Below, in pieces: positions 1-9,159 of a stretch of 32,000 bases of DNA. Position numbers and translations under genes: made by a program. Source of the stretch: Candidatus Saccharimonadota bacterium (GTDB lineage: Bacteria; Patescibacteriota; Gracilibacteria; UBA4473); contig OY781871.1 of NCBI GenBank assembly GCA_963677105.1, forward strand, positions 780,001 through 812,000, read 5' to 3'. Position 1 is the stretch's first letter; each line of letters opens with the position of its first letter. The notes under the pieces were generated by a model that had not been told where the DNA came from, searched no databases, and saw only the letters and a program-made list of their open reading frames with translations.

Positions 1-534
1 CTTCGAGAAAAAGAAAAACAAGTGTTATTAGATGATGATGTCTTGGTTCAAACAAATTTTTCAGACTATGTATTCCCGAAAGATCTTATTGGAACAGAAA
101 GACAAACGGTTCCTGTATCTGGGAAAATGAGTGTTGCGGGACTTGTGTTTTCTGAATCAGAAGTAGAGCGATTAGTCCTTTCAAAATTAGAATCAACATT
201 GGATGATCGTCAACGATTACTAAAAATAGATAATCATTCTGCAGAATATCGAGTGTTAGATGCGACCAAATTTTTAGAAGATAAATGGGTAAAATTATCG
301 GTAAAAATGATTGGAGTGCGAAGTTTAGATTTCGAATCATCATCGCCACAAAACCTTGCTTGGAGACGAGCATTACAAAAGGAAATATCACAAAAAAGTG
401 TTGATGAAGCGAGAGCAGTATTAGTGAATCAGCCAGAAATTGAGCGTGTAATCAATATTCAAACTTTTCCTTCATGGAGAAAGGTCTTACCGGAAGTGTT
501 GCAGCGCATTGAGTTACGTACAGCGTTTGATTAA
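1..534 (+). CDS. hypothetical protein, C-terminal part (frame open to the window edge)
   Basis: Frame 1 is open from nt 1 (LREKEKQVLLDDD...) to TAA at 532-534, so the GTG at 22 in the ORF track is probably internal. No motif recognised. Confidence 0.5.
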   Translation, partial: LREKEKQVLLDDDVLVQTNFSDYVFPKDLIGTERQTVPVSGKMSVAGLVFSESEVERLVLSKLESTLDDRQRLLKIDNHSAEYRVLDATKFLEDKWVKLSVKMIGVRSLDFESSSPQNLAWRRALQKEISQKSVDEARAVLVNQPEIERVINIQTFPSWRKVLPEVLQRIELRTAFD

Positions 535-576
535 AAAGAGATTGATTTTAAATTTTAGACAACAGATAGAGAGTAG

Positions 577-604
577 TTGACGAAATTATTGTTTTGAGTA
601 CATT
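577..604 (+). promoter_or_regulatory. candidate sigma70-type promoter for the helicase gene
   Basis: TTGACG (577-582), 16-nt spacer, TACATT (599-604), about 25 nt upstream of the TTG start at 630. Confidence 0.3.
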
Positions 605-629
605 TGCGTCCAATTAAGACCACAATCAT

Positions 630-2183
630 TTGACTACAGAAATACCGTTTCACCAATTAGGACTGAGTAAAGACATTTTGAAAACCATTGAAAAGAAAGG
701 TTTTGAGTTTGCCACTGAAATTCAAGCAAAATCAATTCCTGTAATTCTCGATGAAGAACATGATATTGTTGGAGTTGCTCAAACAGGAACGGGAAAAACA
801 GCGGCATTTGGGCTTCCATTAATGGATCGTCTCAAGAGCCACAATCAAAATGTAAAATGTATAATTCTGACTCCAACTCGAGAGCTAGCTATACAAGTAG
901 CAAAAGAACTTGATTCTTTTAAGGGAGAGAAACGAATAAAAACACTTCCGGTTTACGGAGGACAAGATATTTCTTCTCAAATTAGAGAGTTAAAACGAGG
1001 TGTTGATATTGTTGTTGGAACTCCAGGACGAGTTCAAGATGTAATTCGTAGAAAAGTATTAGACCTTTCTCACTTAGAATATTTTATTCTCGATGAAGCA
1101 GACGAAATGTTGAAAATGGGATTTGTTGATGAGATTGAAGCAATACTCGAAGAAACACCAAAAGAGAAACGTGTATTTTTGTATTCTGCAACAATTCCAA
1201 CACGAATCAAAGATTTATCTAAAAAGTATATGAAAAATCGGGTTATGTTGGAGGTAAAAGGGCAAAATAAGAAACGAGATAATATAGAGCAATTATTTTA
1301 TCGAGTAAGACGATCAGATAAGTTTGAGGTAATTAAAAATATTATTGCGTTAACAGACGAATTTCATGGGATAATTTTTTGTCAAACAAAAGTAATTGTA
1401 AATGAGATTTCGGATATGTTGAAAAAAGAGAAATTGGATGTGGATTGTATTCATGGAGACGTAAATCAATCTGGTCGAGAGCGAATTTTGAAAAAATTCA
1501 AAGAAAAGAGAATAAATGTTTTAGTTGCGACTGATGTGGCGGCGAGAGGAATTGACGTACATGATTTAACGCACGTGATTAATCATACGCTTCCACGAGA
1601 AATGGATAGTTATATTCATCGTATCGGACGAACTGGAAGAGCAGGAAAAAAGGGAGTTGCGATTACGTTTATTGATAATAGGGAAGAATATAAGATTAAG
1701 CGTCTTATTCAAGACACGGGAAATACGATTCTTGAAGGAGAACTCCCATCTCGATCAGCTGTTGCGTTGAAAAAAATGGAGAAATTAGTTTCTGCACTTG
1801 AAGAAATCATGACCAAGGAAGATACATCTTTTTATAAAAATGTAAGTAAACAGCTCGTTCAAGAATTTGGAGATACGGAAGTAGTTTCAGCTCTTTTATA
1901 TCAAATAAATGGTTCGGGGAAACCAGAACAGAAAAAAGAACGATATGATCATGATGAATATCGTGAGAGTCGGAATCGTCGAAGTGGAGGAGGATCGCGT
2001 GGTTCCCATACACTGGGGAGAGAAGGACGAAAATCGCGAAAAGAAAAAAGTTTTGAAAAGAATCGTGCTACTCGTCGTGCTGAGAAAAAAAGAGCAGATG
2101 ATCCATTTAAAAAATCAAAAAAACCGTTTAAGAAATCAAGTAATGGATATAAAGGAGGATTTTCAAAAAAGAAAAAAAAGTAG
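630..2183 (+). CDS. DEAD-box ATP-dependent RNA helicase with a Lys/Arg/Gly-rich C-terminal tail
   Basis: Q motif (GFEFATEIQ), motif I AQTGTGKT, Ia PTRELA, Ib TPGR, II DEAD, III SAT, V ARGID, VI HRIGRTGRAG. The TTG start is supported because the family-typical N-terminus (FHQLGLS) follows immediately and no in-frame ATG is nearby. Stop is TAG. Confidence 0.93.
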   Translation: MTTEIPFHQLGLSKDILKTIEKKGFEFATEIQAKSIPVILDEEHDIVGVAQTGTGKTAAFGLPLMDRLKSHNQNVKCIILTPTRELAIQVAKELDSFKGEKRIKTLPVYGGQDISSQIRELKRGVDIVVGTPGRVQDVIRRKVLDLSHLEYFILDEADEMLKMGFVDEIEAILEETPKEKRVFLYSATIPTRIKDLSKKYMKNRVMLEVKGQNKKRDNIEQLFYRVRRSDKFEVIKNIIALTDEFHGIIFCQTKVIVNEISDMLKKEKLDVDCIHGDVNQSGRERILKKFKEKRINVLVATDVAARGIDVHDLTHVINHTLPREMDSYIHRIGRTGRAGKKGVAITFIDNREEYKIKRLIQDTGNTILEGELPSRSAVALKKMEKLVSALEEIMTKEDTSFYKNVSKQLVQEFGDTEVVSALLYQINGSGKPEQKKERYDHDEYRESRNRRSGGGSRGSHTLGREGRKSRKEKSFEKNRATRRAEKKRADDPFKKSKKPFKKSSNGYKGGFSKKKKK

Positions 2184-2491
2184 AGGGTTAAGACCTACAT
2201 TCAGTATATTGTAAAAGATCAACAAAACTTTTTTGTTAGAGGAAGAAGGGATGTGAACATATTGATAAATTGTTTATAGAAGTGTGTAACTAGAATCCTC
2301 TTTTGAGAAATTTTTAAAAGTCGGCGCTGTCGAACTTGTCGAGTTCAATTCAGTCTTGCAACACGAGACGAGTAAAAAACAAAAACCTCGCGATGCAGAG
2401 TTTGTATTCGCGTAACGAGAATCTTCATCCGCGTTGCGGATTCAGCTGCGTCGAACTCTAGTCGTTCGATTTAGTGACTTCGTCACATACA

Positions 2492-2528
2492 AAAATATCT
2501 TCAAGCCAGAAGGGCTTAAAAATATTTT
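2492..2528 (-). terminator. AT-rich hairpin plus U-tract immediately downstream of tRNA-Gly
   Basis: Arms 2492-2507 and 2513-2528 pair at 14 of 16 positions around a 5-nt loop. On the minus strand the 3' arm ends in UUUU followed by UGUAUG. Confidence 0.35.
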
Positions 2529-2530
2529 CG

Positions 2531-2605
2531 TGGAGCGCGTAACGAGAATCGAACTCGTGTCTCAGCCTTGGCAAGGCCGTATAATAGCCACTATATTATA
2601 CGCGC
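2531..2605 (-). tRNA. tRNA-Gly (anticodon GCC), CCA encoded
   Basis: The reverse complement folds as a cloverleaf. Acceptor GCGCGTA/TACGCGC. Anticodon stem CGGCC/GGCTG with loop TTGCCAA. T arm ACGAG-TTCGATT-CTCGT. Discriminator T plus CCA. Length 75 nt. Confidence 0.9.
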
Positions 2606-2615
2606 GAAAGAACTT

Positions 2616-2650
2616 ACGGAGAGAAGGATTTCTTCTCTCCGTTTTTTTTA
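2616..2650. terminator. strong GC-rich hairpin flanked by an A-run and a T8 run (bidirectional terminator geometry), 6 nt past the rpoB stop
   Basis: ACGGAGAGAAG (2616-2626) pairs with CTTCTCTCCGT (2632-2642), an 11-bp stem. T8 follows on the plus strand. On the minus strand the stem is preceded by A8 and followed by GUAAGUUCUUUC. Confidence 0.6.
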
Positions 2651-2655
2651 ATATA

Positions 2656-5600
2656 TTATTCTTCGGTTACTTCTGATTTTAGTTCTCCTGCCATTTCTTC
2701 TTCAAGTCCTACCTCTTCTCCCTCAATTGACATTCCGGCTTCTACACTTTCTTCTACTAGAATTTCCACATCTTCAGATTCAGCAAGCATTTCTTCTTCT
2801 CCTTCTGGAGACGGATTTGCTTTAGTGATTACATCAGGAGATTCTTTTCTTTCTCCAGGATCCACAACTCCCTCTTCAGTGTGAAGGTCTACACGTAATC
2901 CGAGAGATTGGAGTTCTTTTATCAACACGTTGAACGATTCAGGTAAGTGTGCTGCAACAATTTCTTCGCCTTTTACAATTGCTTCATATGCTTTTGCTCG
3001 ACCTTTCACATCATCAGATTTGATAGTCAACATTTCTTGTAGAATGTGAGAAGCTCCGTGTGCTTCAAGCGCCCAAACCTCCATTTCTCCAAAACGTTGT
3101 CCTCCATTTTGAGCTTTTCCTCCAAACGGTTGTTGTGTAACAAGTGAGTATGGTCCAACAGAACGAGCGTGGATTTTGTCTTCTACCATATGAATCAATT
3201 TCAACATGTATACAATTCCAACAACCGTTTTATGATCAAATGGTTCTCCAGTACGACCATCAAAGAGTTGTTGTTTTCCGTCTTCATCAAATCCATTTTC
3301 TCGTAAGAAGTCTTGAATTTTATCGTTAGAAATTCCATTCAAAATTGGTGTTGCAATCTTAATTCCCATTTTTTCAGCAGCAAGACCAAGGTGAGTTTCA
3401 AGAATTTGTCCAATATTCATACGACTAGACACCCCAAGTGGATTCAAAATAATATCAACTGGACGACCATCTTTTGTATATGGCATATCTTCTGCAGGAA
3501 CAACGAGTGAAATCACACCTTTGTTTCCATGACGTCCGGCCATTTTATCTCCAGCTTCTAAATGACGAAGTTGAGCAACACGTACTTTAATACGTTTCAA
3601 AACTCCAGTTGGAAGTTCGTCTCCTTCAGATTTTTCCAAAACTTCTACTTCAATTACTTTCCCTCCTGATCCACGAGGAAGACGAAGAGATGAATCTTTT
3701 ACATCATGTGCTTTTTCACCGAAGATTGCTCGCAAAAGTCGATCTTCAGCAGTAAGTTCTGTTTCACCTTTCATCGTAACTTTTCCCGCCAAAATATCTC
3801 CAGAAAGAACCGTTGCCCCGATTCGAACAATTCCTTGTTCGTCTAAGTTTTTCAATTTAGCCGTTGCAACATTTGGGATATCTGCAGTAAGTTCCTCGGG
3901 TCCAAGTTTCGTGTCTCGTACATCAAGATCATATTCTTCAATATGAATAGAATTGAATGTTCCATCGCGGACAATACGGTCTGAAATAATAATCGCATCC
4001 TCATAGTTGTATCCGCTCCATGTTTGATACGCAACAAGTAGATTTTGTCCAAGAGCTAATTCTCCGTGATCAACAGAAGTTCCATCAATCATTGGATCGT
4101 TTTCTTTCAATTCTTCTCCTGTCACGACAACAGGACGCTGATGATGACATGTTGATTGGTTTGTTCGTACAAACGTTTCAATAGTGTATTCATATTTTTT
4201 CCCAGATTTTCCCATAAACACAAGATGTTTTGCATCTACAGATTTCACAGTTCCATCTTCAGGTGCTCTAACACATTGTTCTGAAGCGGTGATATCTTCA
4301 ATTCCAGTTCCCACAAAAGAAGCAGCTGGTTTAATAATAGGAACAGCTTGACGTTGCATATTTGATCCCATCAAAGCACGGGTATTATCATCATGTTCAA
4401 GGAAAGAAATGAGCGAAGTAGAAAGGGACACAATTTGTTGTGGAGACACATCCATATGAGTAATTTGTGACTCATGAACACTTGATGGTTTAAAGTTTTG
4501 ACGAGCAGAAATTTGTTCGTTTACAAATTCTCCGTTCTTTTTCAAAAAAGTATTCGCTTGCGCAACACACATAGTTTTTTCCACTTCAGCATCGTAGTAT
4601 GCAACTTCGTTGGAAATATATGCACGAACTGGAACAACATCCAATTTTTTTATCTTTGCAAGATCCTGTGCATTTGTTTTTGTGATTTCAGTATCTTTTT
4701 TAAGCACTACTTTTTTTCCATCTAAAATATCAATACTTGTTGTTCTTCCAACAGCTGATTTTCCGTCATTTTTAACTGTATGTGCAACAGTTCGGTATGG
4801 TGTTTCAATAAATCCAAAATCGTTTACACGAGCATACGAAGCTAAGTGCAATACTAAACCAATATTTGGTCCTTCAGGTGTTGTAACAGGACAAATTCGT
4901 CCATAATGACTTGGGTGTACATCACGAACATCAAATCCAGCTCGTTCTCGTGAAAGTCCTCCTGGACCCATTGCAGAGATTCGTCGTTTGTGTTCTAGCG
5001 CCGCTAATGGATTTACTTGATCCATAAACTGAGACAATTGTGAACTTGCAAAGAATTCATGCATTGCTGCCGTAATTGGTCGACAGTTAACGATTTGCGT
5101 TGGTGTTACTACTTCAAGATCAACAATAGACATTCGATCACGAATGATACGTTCTGTTCGAAGCAACCCAACACGGAATTTATTTTGAATTAATTCACCA
5201 ACAGCACGAATACGACGATTTGCAAGGTGATCAATATCATCTTGTTCAAGTAATCCAGCGTTTGCTCGAATCAATCCTCGAATCATTTCAATAAAATCTT
5301 CCAGTCGGAACACACGACCTTCGTGGTCATCTTTTGTTTTTAATCCAAATCGGTGATTTATTTTATGTCGTGCAATAGGACCAAGATCGTATTTTCGGAA
5401 ATTGAAGAAGAGATCATTCAAAAAAGCTCGCGCATTTTCTGGAGTAGCTAAATCTCCAGGACGAATTCTTCGATAAACCCCTTGCCAAGCATCAGCTGGA
5501 GTTTCAGAGTCATCTTTTTCAAGTGTTTTCAAAATAGGATTGTCTGTTTCAGAGAGTCCACATTCTTTTATTACTTTTTTAAATTCTCCAAGAATTTGCT

Positions 5601-6231
5601 CGTTTGTATCATAACCAAACGCTCGCATAAACATTGTTACTGGAATTTTTCGTTTTCGATCAACTTTTACCCAAATAAGACCTTTTTTATCTGTTTCCAA
5701 CTCAAGCCATGCTCCTCGTTTTGGGATCATTTTTGATTGGAATTTTCCACTTTGACCTTTGTCTTCAAGGAAAAATATTCCAGGGCTTCGCACGATTTGT
5801 GAAACAATCACACGTTCAACTCCGTTAATAACGAAAGAACCTTCTTTTGTAATTTGTGGAATTTGTCCAAAATATACGTCTTGTTCTTTAATTTCTCCGT
5901 TTTCAAGATTCGTTAACGCAACATGTGCACGAATAATTGATTCATATGAAACTCCTTTTCGACGACAAAATTCAAGAGAATGTTTCGGGTCTTCGATTTC
6001 ATAGCTCATAATTTCGAGCTTCAATTTTTTTCCAGTCGGATCTACGATAGGATTAATTTCTTCCAAAAGTTCATTAATTCCTTTTTCGAGGAACCATTTA
6101 TATGAACGAGTTTGAATTTCAGTCAGATCTGGAAATGGAAATTGTTTTCCAATATCTGAAAAAAAATACCGTCCTGATTTTTCAAGGGTCGGTTTGAGCG
6201 TTGCCGGGAAATTTAACGTTTTTTTCGCCAT
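2656..6231 (-). CDS. rpoB: DNA-directed RNA polymerase subunit beta
   Basis: 1191-aa ORF with many RpoB signatures (FFGSSQLSQFMDQ-like FFASSQLSQFMDQVNPL, GPNIGL, NMQRQAVP, GYNYEDA, GRHGNKG, NPLGVSSRMN, GGQRFGEMEVWALEA). It ends in a 70-aa acidic extension. Confidence 0.97.
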   Translation of the reverse strand: MAKKTLNFPATLKPTLEKSGRYFFSDIGKQFPFPDLTEIQTRSYKWFLEKGINELLEEINPIVDPTGKKLKLEIMSYEIEDPKHSLEFCRRKGVSYESIIRAHVALTNLENGEIKEQDVYFGQIPQITKEGSFVINGVERVIVSQIVRSPGIFFLEDKGQSGKFQSKMIPKRGAWLELETDKKGLIWVKVDRKRKIPVTMFMRAFGYDTNEQILGEFKKVIKECGLSETDNPILKTLEKDDSETPADAWQGVYRRIRPGDLATPENARAFLNDLFFNFRKYDLGPIARHKINHRFGLKTKDDHEGRVFRLEDFIEMIRGLIRANAGLLEQDDIDHLANRRIRAVGELIQNKFRVGLLRTERIIRDRMSIVDLEVVTPTQIVNCRPITAAMHEFFASSQLSQFMDQVNPLAALEHKRRISAMGPGGLSRERAGFDVRDVHPSHYGRICPVTTPEGPNIGLVLHLASYARVNDFGFIETPYRTVAHTVKNDGKSAVGRTTSIDILDGKKVVLKKDTEITKTNAQDLAKIKKLDVVPVRAYISNEVAYYDAEVEKTMCVAQANTFLKKNGEFVNEQISARQNFKPSSVHESQITHMDVSPQQIVSLSTSLISFLEHDDNTRALMGSNMQRQAVPIIKPAASFVGTGIEDITASEQCVRAPEDGTVKSVDAKHLVFMGKSGKKYEYTIETFVRTNQSTCHHQRPVVVTGEELKENDPMIDGTSVDHGELALGQNLLVAYQTWSGYNYEDAIIISDRIVRDGTFNSIHIEEYDLDVRDTKLGPEELTADIPNVATAKLKNLDEQGIVRIGATVLSGDILAGKVTMKGETELTAEDRLLRAIFGEKAHDVKDSSLRLPRGSGGKVIEVEVLEKSEGDELPTGVLKRIKVRVAQLRHLEAGDKMAGRHGNKGVISLVVPAEDMPYTKDGRPVDIILNPLGVSSRMNIGQILETHLGLAAEKMGIKIATPILNGISNDKIQDFLRENGFDEDGKQQLFDGRTGEPFDHKTVVGIVYMLKLIHMVEDKIHARSVGPYSLVTQQPFGGKAQNGGQRFGEMEVWALEAHGASHILQEMLTIKSDDVKGRAKAYEAIVKGEEIVAAHLPESFNVLIKELQSLGLRVDLHTEEGVVDPGERKESPDVITKANPSPEGEEEMLAESEDVEILVEESVEAGMSIEGEEVGLEEEMAGELKSEVTEE

Positions 6232-6340
6232 TTTATAAAGGGTAAAAGGCGGTCAGACGTCCGAAATCACTGGTTCTTAACCAGTCTCTTTCACAGATTT
6301 ACTGCCGAGGCCGAAGAGAAAAAGTTTTCAATTCAGCGAG

Positions 6341-6368
6341 AGTTTAGTTGTAGAAAGGGGAAAGTCAA
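6341..6368 (-). promoter_or_regulatory. candidate rpoB promoter
   Basis: On the minus strand: TTGACT (6368-6363), 16-nt spacer, TAAACT (6346-6341). This implies a leader of about 100 nt that contains a perfect ACTGGTT/AACCAGT hairpin and a locally GC-rich stretch (6250-6320). Confidence 0.3.
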
Positions 6369-6496
6369 GTTTTTATAACGCTCAAAGATTCTAATTTTTT
6401 CTGAATAAAAATGTTTTAAATCCCACCCTATTGAAAGATGAAATTTTTCTGTATTTTTTCTTTAACAGAACTTAAAATCGAAGTAGACTTTCTCTG

Positions 6497-6883
6497 ATGT
6501 TTAAGTATTTCTTTTGGACAACGTTTACATTGATTTTATGTATTGGTGTGTTAATTTTCACACTTACACAACTTGATCCGCTTGGAGTACAAGCAATTTT
6601 GGCTCTTTCCTTGTTTTTTATTTCACTTTTTGGAACGGTTATGTCTGTTCTGACATATTTATTTTTCTTTGGAGCAGAATTATTTGTCGGGAAAAATCTT
6701 TCAACAAAAAACTTCAAACAATCGCTTCGAAGAGGTTTTTTGGTCGCATTATTTGTAGATATGATTATTGGACTTCGATTATTTAATTTACTTGGATGGG
6801 GAGAATTTGTTTTGCTTGCTCTATTTATATTTTTAATAGAGTTGATTTTCTCCTCTGAATCGCTAGCATCCTCTTCGAAATAA
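6497..6883 (+). CDS. small integral membrane protein (about 4 predicted TM helices), function unknown
   Basis: 128-aa ORF made almost entirely of hydrophobic helices. It ends 14 nt before pyk on the same strand. Confidence 0.6.
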   Translation: MFKYFFWTTFTLILCIGVLIFTLTQLDPLGVQAILALSLFFISLFGTVMSVLTYLFFFGAELFVGKNLSTKNFKQSLRRGFLVALFVDMIIGLRLFNLLGWGEFVLLALFIFLIELIFSSESLASSSK

Positions 6884-6897
6884 CTTTTATTAATTAC

Positions 6898-8307
6898 ATG
6901 AGAAGAACAAAAATTGTGTCCACGCTAGGTCCGTCATCGCATACAATTGAGAACATTGAGCGACTTATTCACGCAGGAGCAAATGTGTTTCGTTTGAATT
7001 TTTCACACGGAGACTTTGAAGAACACGGTCATCGGATTGAACAGATTCGTCGTATCGAAGAAAAAATGGGAAAAAGATATCCAATTATTCTCGATACAAA
7101 AGGACCAGATATTCGAACAGAAGATGTGGATGAAAAAATTATTGTAAAAGAAGGCGACACATTTACTTGGACGATTGATCAGGAAAATGTGTATGCAAAA
7201 ACAGGAAAGAATAAAGTAAGTTACGTTGAATTTATTAATGATGTAGAAGTAGGAGATACTATTGTAGTTGATTCTGGAGCGTTTACTATGAAAGTTCTTG
7301 AAAAAAAGGGGAAAGACGTGATTTGTCACGTAAATCAGGATGGAAAAATTGGTTCACGTCGTCACATAAATTTACCAGGAAAGAAAATTTCGTTACCAAC
7401 TATTACTGAAAAAGATTGGAAAGACATTGAGTTTGGAGTGAAACACAATTTAGATTTTTGTGCGCTTTCGTTTGCTTCATCATCAGCAGATATTTACGAG
7501 CTTCGTGAATATTTAAACGAGAAAAAATCACAAATGAAGATTATTCCAAAGATTGAGAATGTAATCGCTGTTGATAATTTAGAAGAAATTATTGAAGCGG
7601 CAGATGGAGTCATGGTTGCTCGTGGAGATTTGGGAGTAGAAATTCCATTTGAAGATGTGCCAAGGGTACAGCATGATTGTATTAATTTCGCCGCAAAACA
7701 TAGAAAAATGACAATCGTTGCAACAGAGATGTTGGACTCAATGATTACCACTCCAACGCCAACGCGTGCGGAAGTAGCAGATGTTGCAAATGCAGCATTT
7801 CAGAGAACAGACGCAACAATGTTGTCAGGAGAAACGGCAAATGGAGATTTTCCAAAAGAAGCAGTTATGGCTATGGCGAGAATATCTGCAAAGAGTGAAG
7901 AAAATATGTTTCAATTAAAATCGTTGCGAAAACTTCCGATTAATACAGTACAAGAAGCGATGTCTCATAATGTAGCGCAAATTGCTGCAGATCTAAATGA
8001 CATTGCTGGAATTGTGGTAATGACAAAATCAGGAACAACAGCGATTAGTGTTGCAGAGTATCGTCCTCAAGCACCAATTTTTGCATTTACAAACAACACC
8101 ACAACGTGTCGTCAATTACAATTACTGTGGGGGACGGAACCGCATCATATTAATTTTTATGAAGATGATGCAGAAAAAACAGTACGAGCTGCTTTGAAAA
8201 AATTACGTGAAGAACATCCGAAAATGGAAGGGAAAAAAGTTATTGTATATTCAAGCGTTCTTGTTGATGGAGAATTCTGTTTGACGACACAGATTCGCGA
8301 ATTGTAA
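6898..8307 (+). CDS. pyk: pyruvate kinase
   Basis: MRRTKIVSTLGPSS, NFSHG, DTKGPDIRT, MVARGDLGVEIP and the C-terminal regulatory-domain region. 469 aa. Confidence 0.95.
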   Translation: MRRTKIVSTLGPSSHTIENIERLIHAGANVFRLNFSHGDFEEHGHRIEQIRRIEEKMGKRYPIILDTKGPDIRTEDVDEKIIVKEGDTFTWTIDQENVYAKTGKNKVSYVEFINDVEVGDTIVVDSGAFTMKVLEKKGKDVICHVNQDGKIGSRRHINLPGKKISLPTITEKDWKDIEFGVKHNLDFCALSFASSSADIYELREYLNEKKSQMKIIPKIENVIAVDNLEEIIEAADGVMVARGDLGVEIPFEDVPRVQHDCINFAAKHRKMTIVATEMLDSMITTPTPTRAEVADVANAAFQRTDATMLSGETANGDFPKEAVMAMARISAKSEENMFQLKSLRKLPINTVQEAMSHNVAQIAADLNDIAGIVVMTKSGTTAISVAEYRPQAPIFAFTNNTTTCRQLQLLWGTEPHHINFYEDDAEKTVRAALKKLREEHPKMEGKKVIVYSSVLVDGEFCLTTQIREL

Positions 8308-8332
8308 GAGTTTATATTCCTAAGACCAAGAG

Positions 8333-8360
8333 AATCCCTTGTCTTTACGAGGGATTTTTA
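8333..8360 (+). terminator. rho-independent terminator after pyk (overlaps the miaA stop)
   Basis: AATCCCT (8333-8339) pairs with AGGGATT (8350-8356), followed by TTTTAT. Confidence 0.5.
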
Positions 8361-9137
8361 TTTATACACAATATCTTCAGCATAAACCCACAAAATATCT
8401 TCTCGTCCTCTCCACCAAGTAAGTTGTCGTTTTGCATAATTCCTATTTCTTTTTTGATTTAATTCCAGTGCTTTTTCTTTTGAGATTTTTCCTTCCAGAA
8501 AAGCAGCAATTTCTTGGTACCCAAAACTAGTAAGCGTAGAGCGAGAAACCGATTTTTTTAGCATCTCTTGTGTCTCTTCAATCATTCCATTTTTAAACAT
8601 TTGTATAGAACGGAGATTCAACCTTTCATAAAGTCTGTTTCGACTACAATGCATTCCGATTTTTAAAATTGGCCACAATGGTTTTCCACATTGTGTAGAT
8701 TTTTCATTTGGATTATCGGTGAAAATATAATTTTCACTTATAGCATCAAGCCAGAGCATTGTTCCACCACATAAAATAGGAACGTTTCCTCGAGAAAGAA
8801 TTTCTTCAATTTTTTCAAATGCATATTTTTGAAACTGAACAACTGAAAAAGTTTCTGTTGGATCAGCGATATCAATTCCATAATGAGGAATTCCGAATTT
8901 TTCTTCTTCGGTTATTTTTGCTGAAGAGATATCACATCCACGAAATATTTGACGGGAATCAACGCTTATAATTTCACATTTTTTCCCGAGTTTTTTTTCT
9001 ATCCATTTTGCAATATGAATAGAGAAACCACTTTTTCCACTGGCAGTTGGACCAAGTATTTCCAACACACCAGAAGGCTCTTTTTTAAGAAAAGACCCAA
9101 CTTTTTGTTCTATATCGGCTTGCGAAAAAAGGTTCAT
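8358..9137 (-). CDS. miaA: tRNA dimethylallyltransferase
   Basis: P-loop GPTASGKS, DSRQIFRGCDISSAKIT, GIPHYGIDIADP. The longest ORF (to 9167) would overlap the tRNA-Arg gene, so the internal ATG at 9137 (MNLFSQ...) is preferred. Confidence 0.88.
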   Translation of the reverse strand: MNLFSQADIEQKVGSFLKKEPSGVLEILGPTASGKSGFSIHIAKWIEKKLGKKCEIISVDSRQIFRGCDISSAKITEEEKFGIPHYGIDIADPTETFSVVQFQKYAFEKIEEILSRGNVPILCGGTMLWLDAISENYIFTDNPNEKSTQCGKPLWPILKIGMHCSRNRLYERLNLRSIQMFKNGMIEETQEMLKKSVSRSTLTSFGYQEIAAFLEGKISKEKALELNQKRNRNYAKRQLTWWRGREDILWVYAEDIVYK

Positions 9138-9159
9138 CGAAGCAAAATGTAGCAGGTTT

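Noticed and set aside
1909-2214. 101-aa alternative-frame ORF overlapping the helicase 3' end
   Set aside because: It is produced by the A/G-rich, Lys/Arg-coding tail of the helicase gene, with no independent support.
2434-2676. 80-aa plus-strand ORF in the helicase-rpoB intergenic region
   Set aside because: It runs antisense through the tRNA-Gly gene and the terminator hairpin and has no protein-like features. Spurious.
3144-6004. Multiple 60-100-aa plus-strand ORFs inside rpoB (for example 4610-4906, 5482-5736, 5759-6004), with similar antisense ORFs inside secD, ligA and the 680-aa gene
   Set aside because: These are shadow ORFs opposite long, well-supported genes. They are low-complexity, Phe/Ile/Ser-rich, and carry no motifs.
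6240-6330. GC-enriched stretch GGCGGTCAGACGTCCGAAA... in the rpoB leader, which superficially recalls the SRP RNA GGUCAGGUCCGGAAGG motif
   Set aside because: After the GAAA no complementary strand restores the conserved SRP helix, and the flanks do not fold as 4.5S RNA. Treated as leader structure only.
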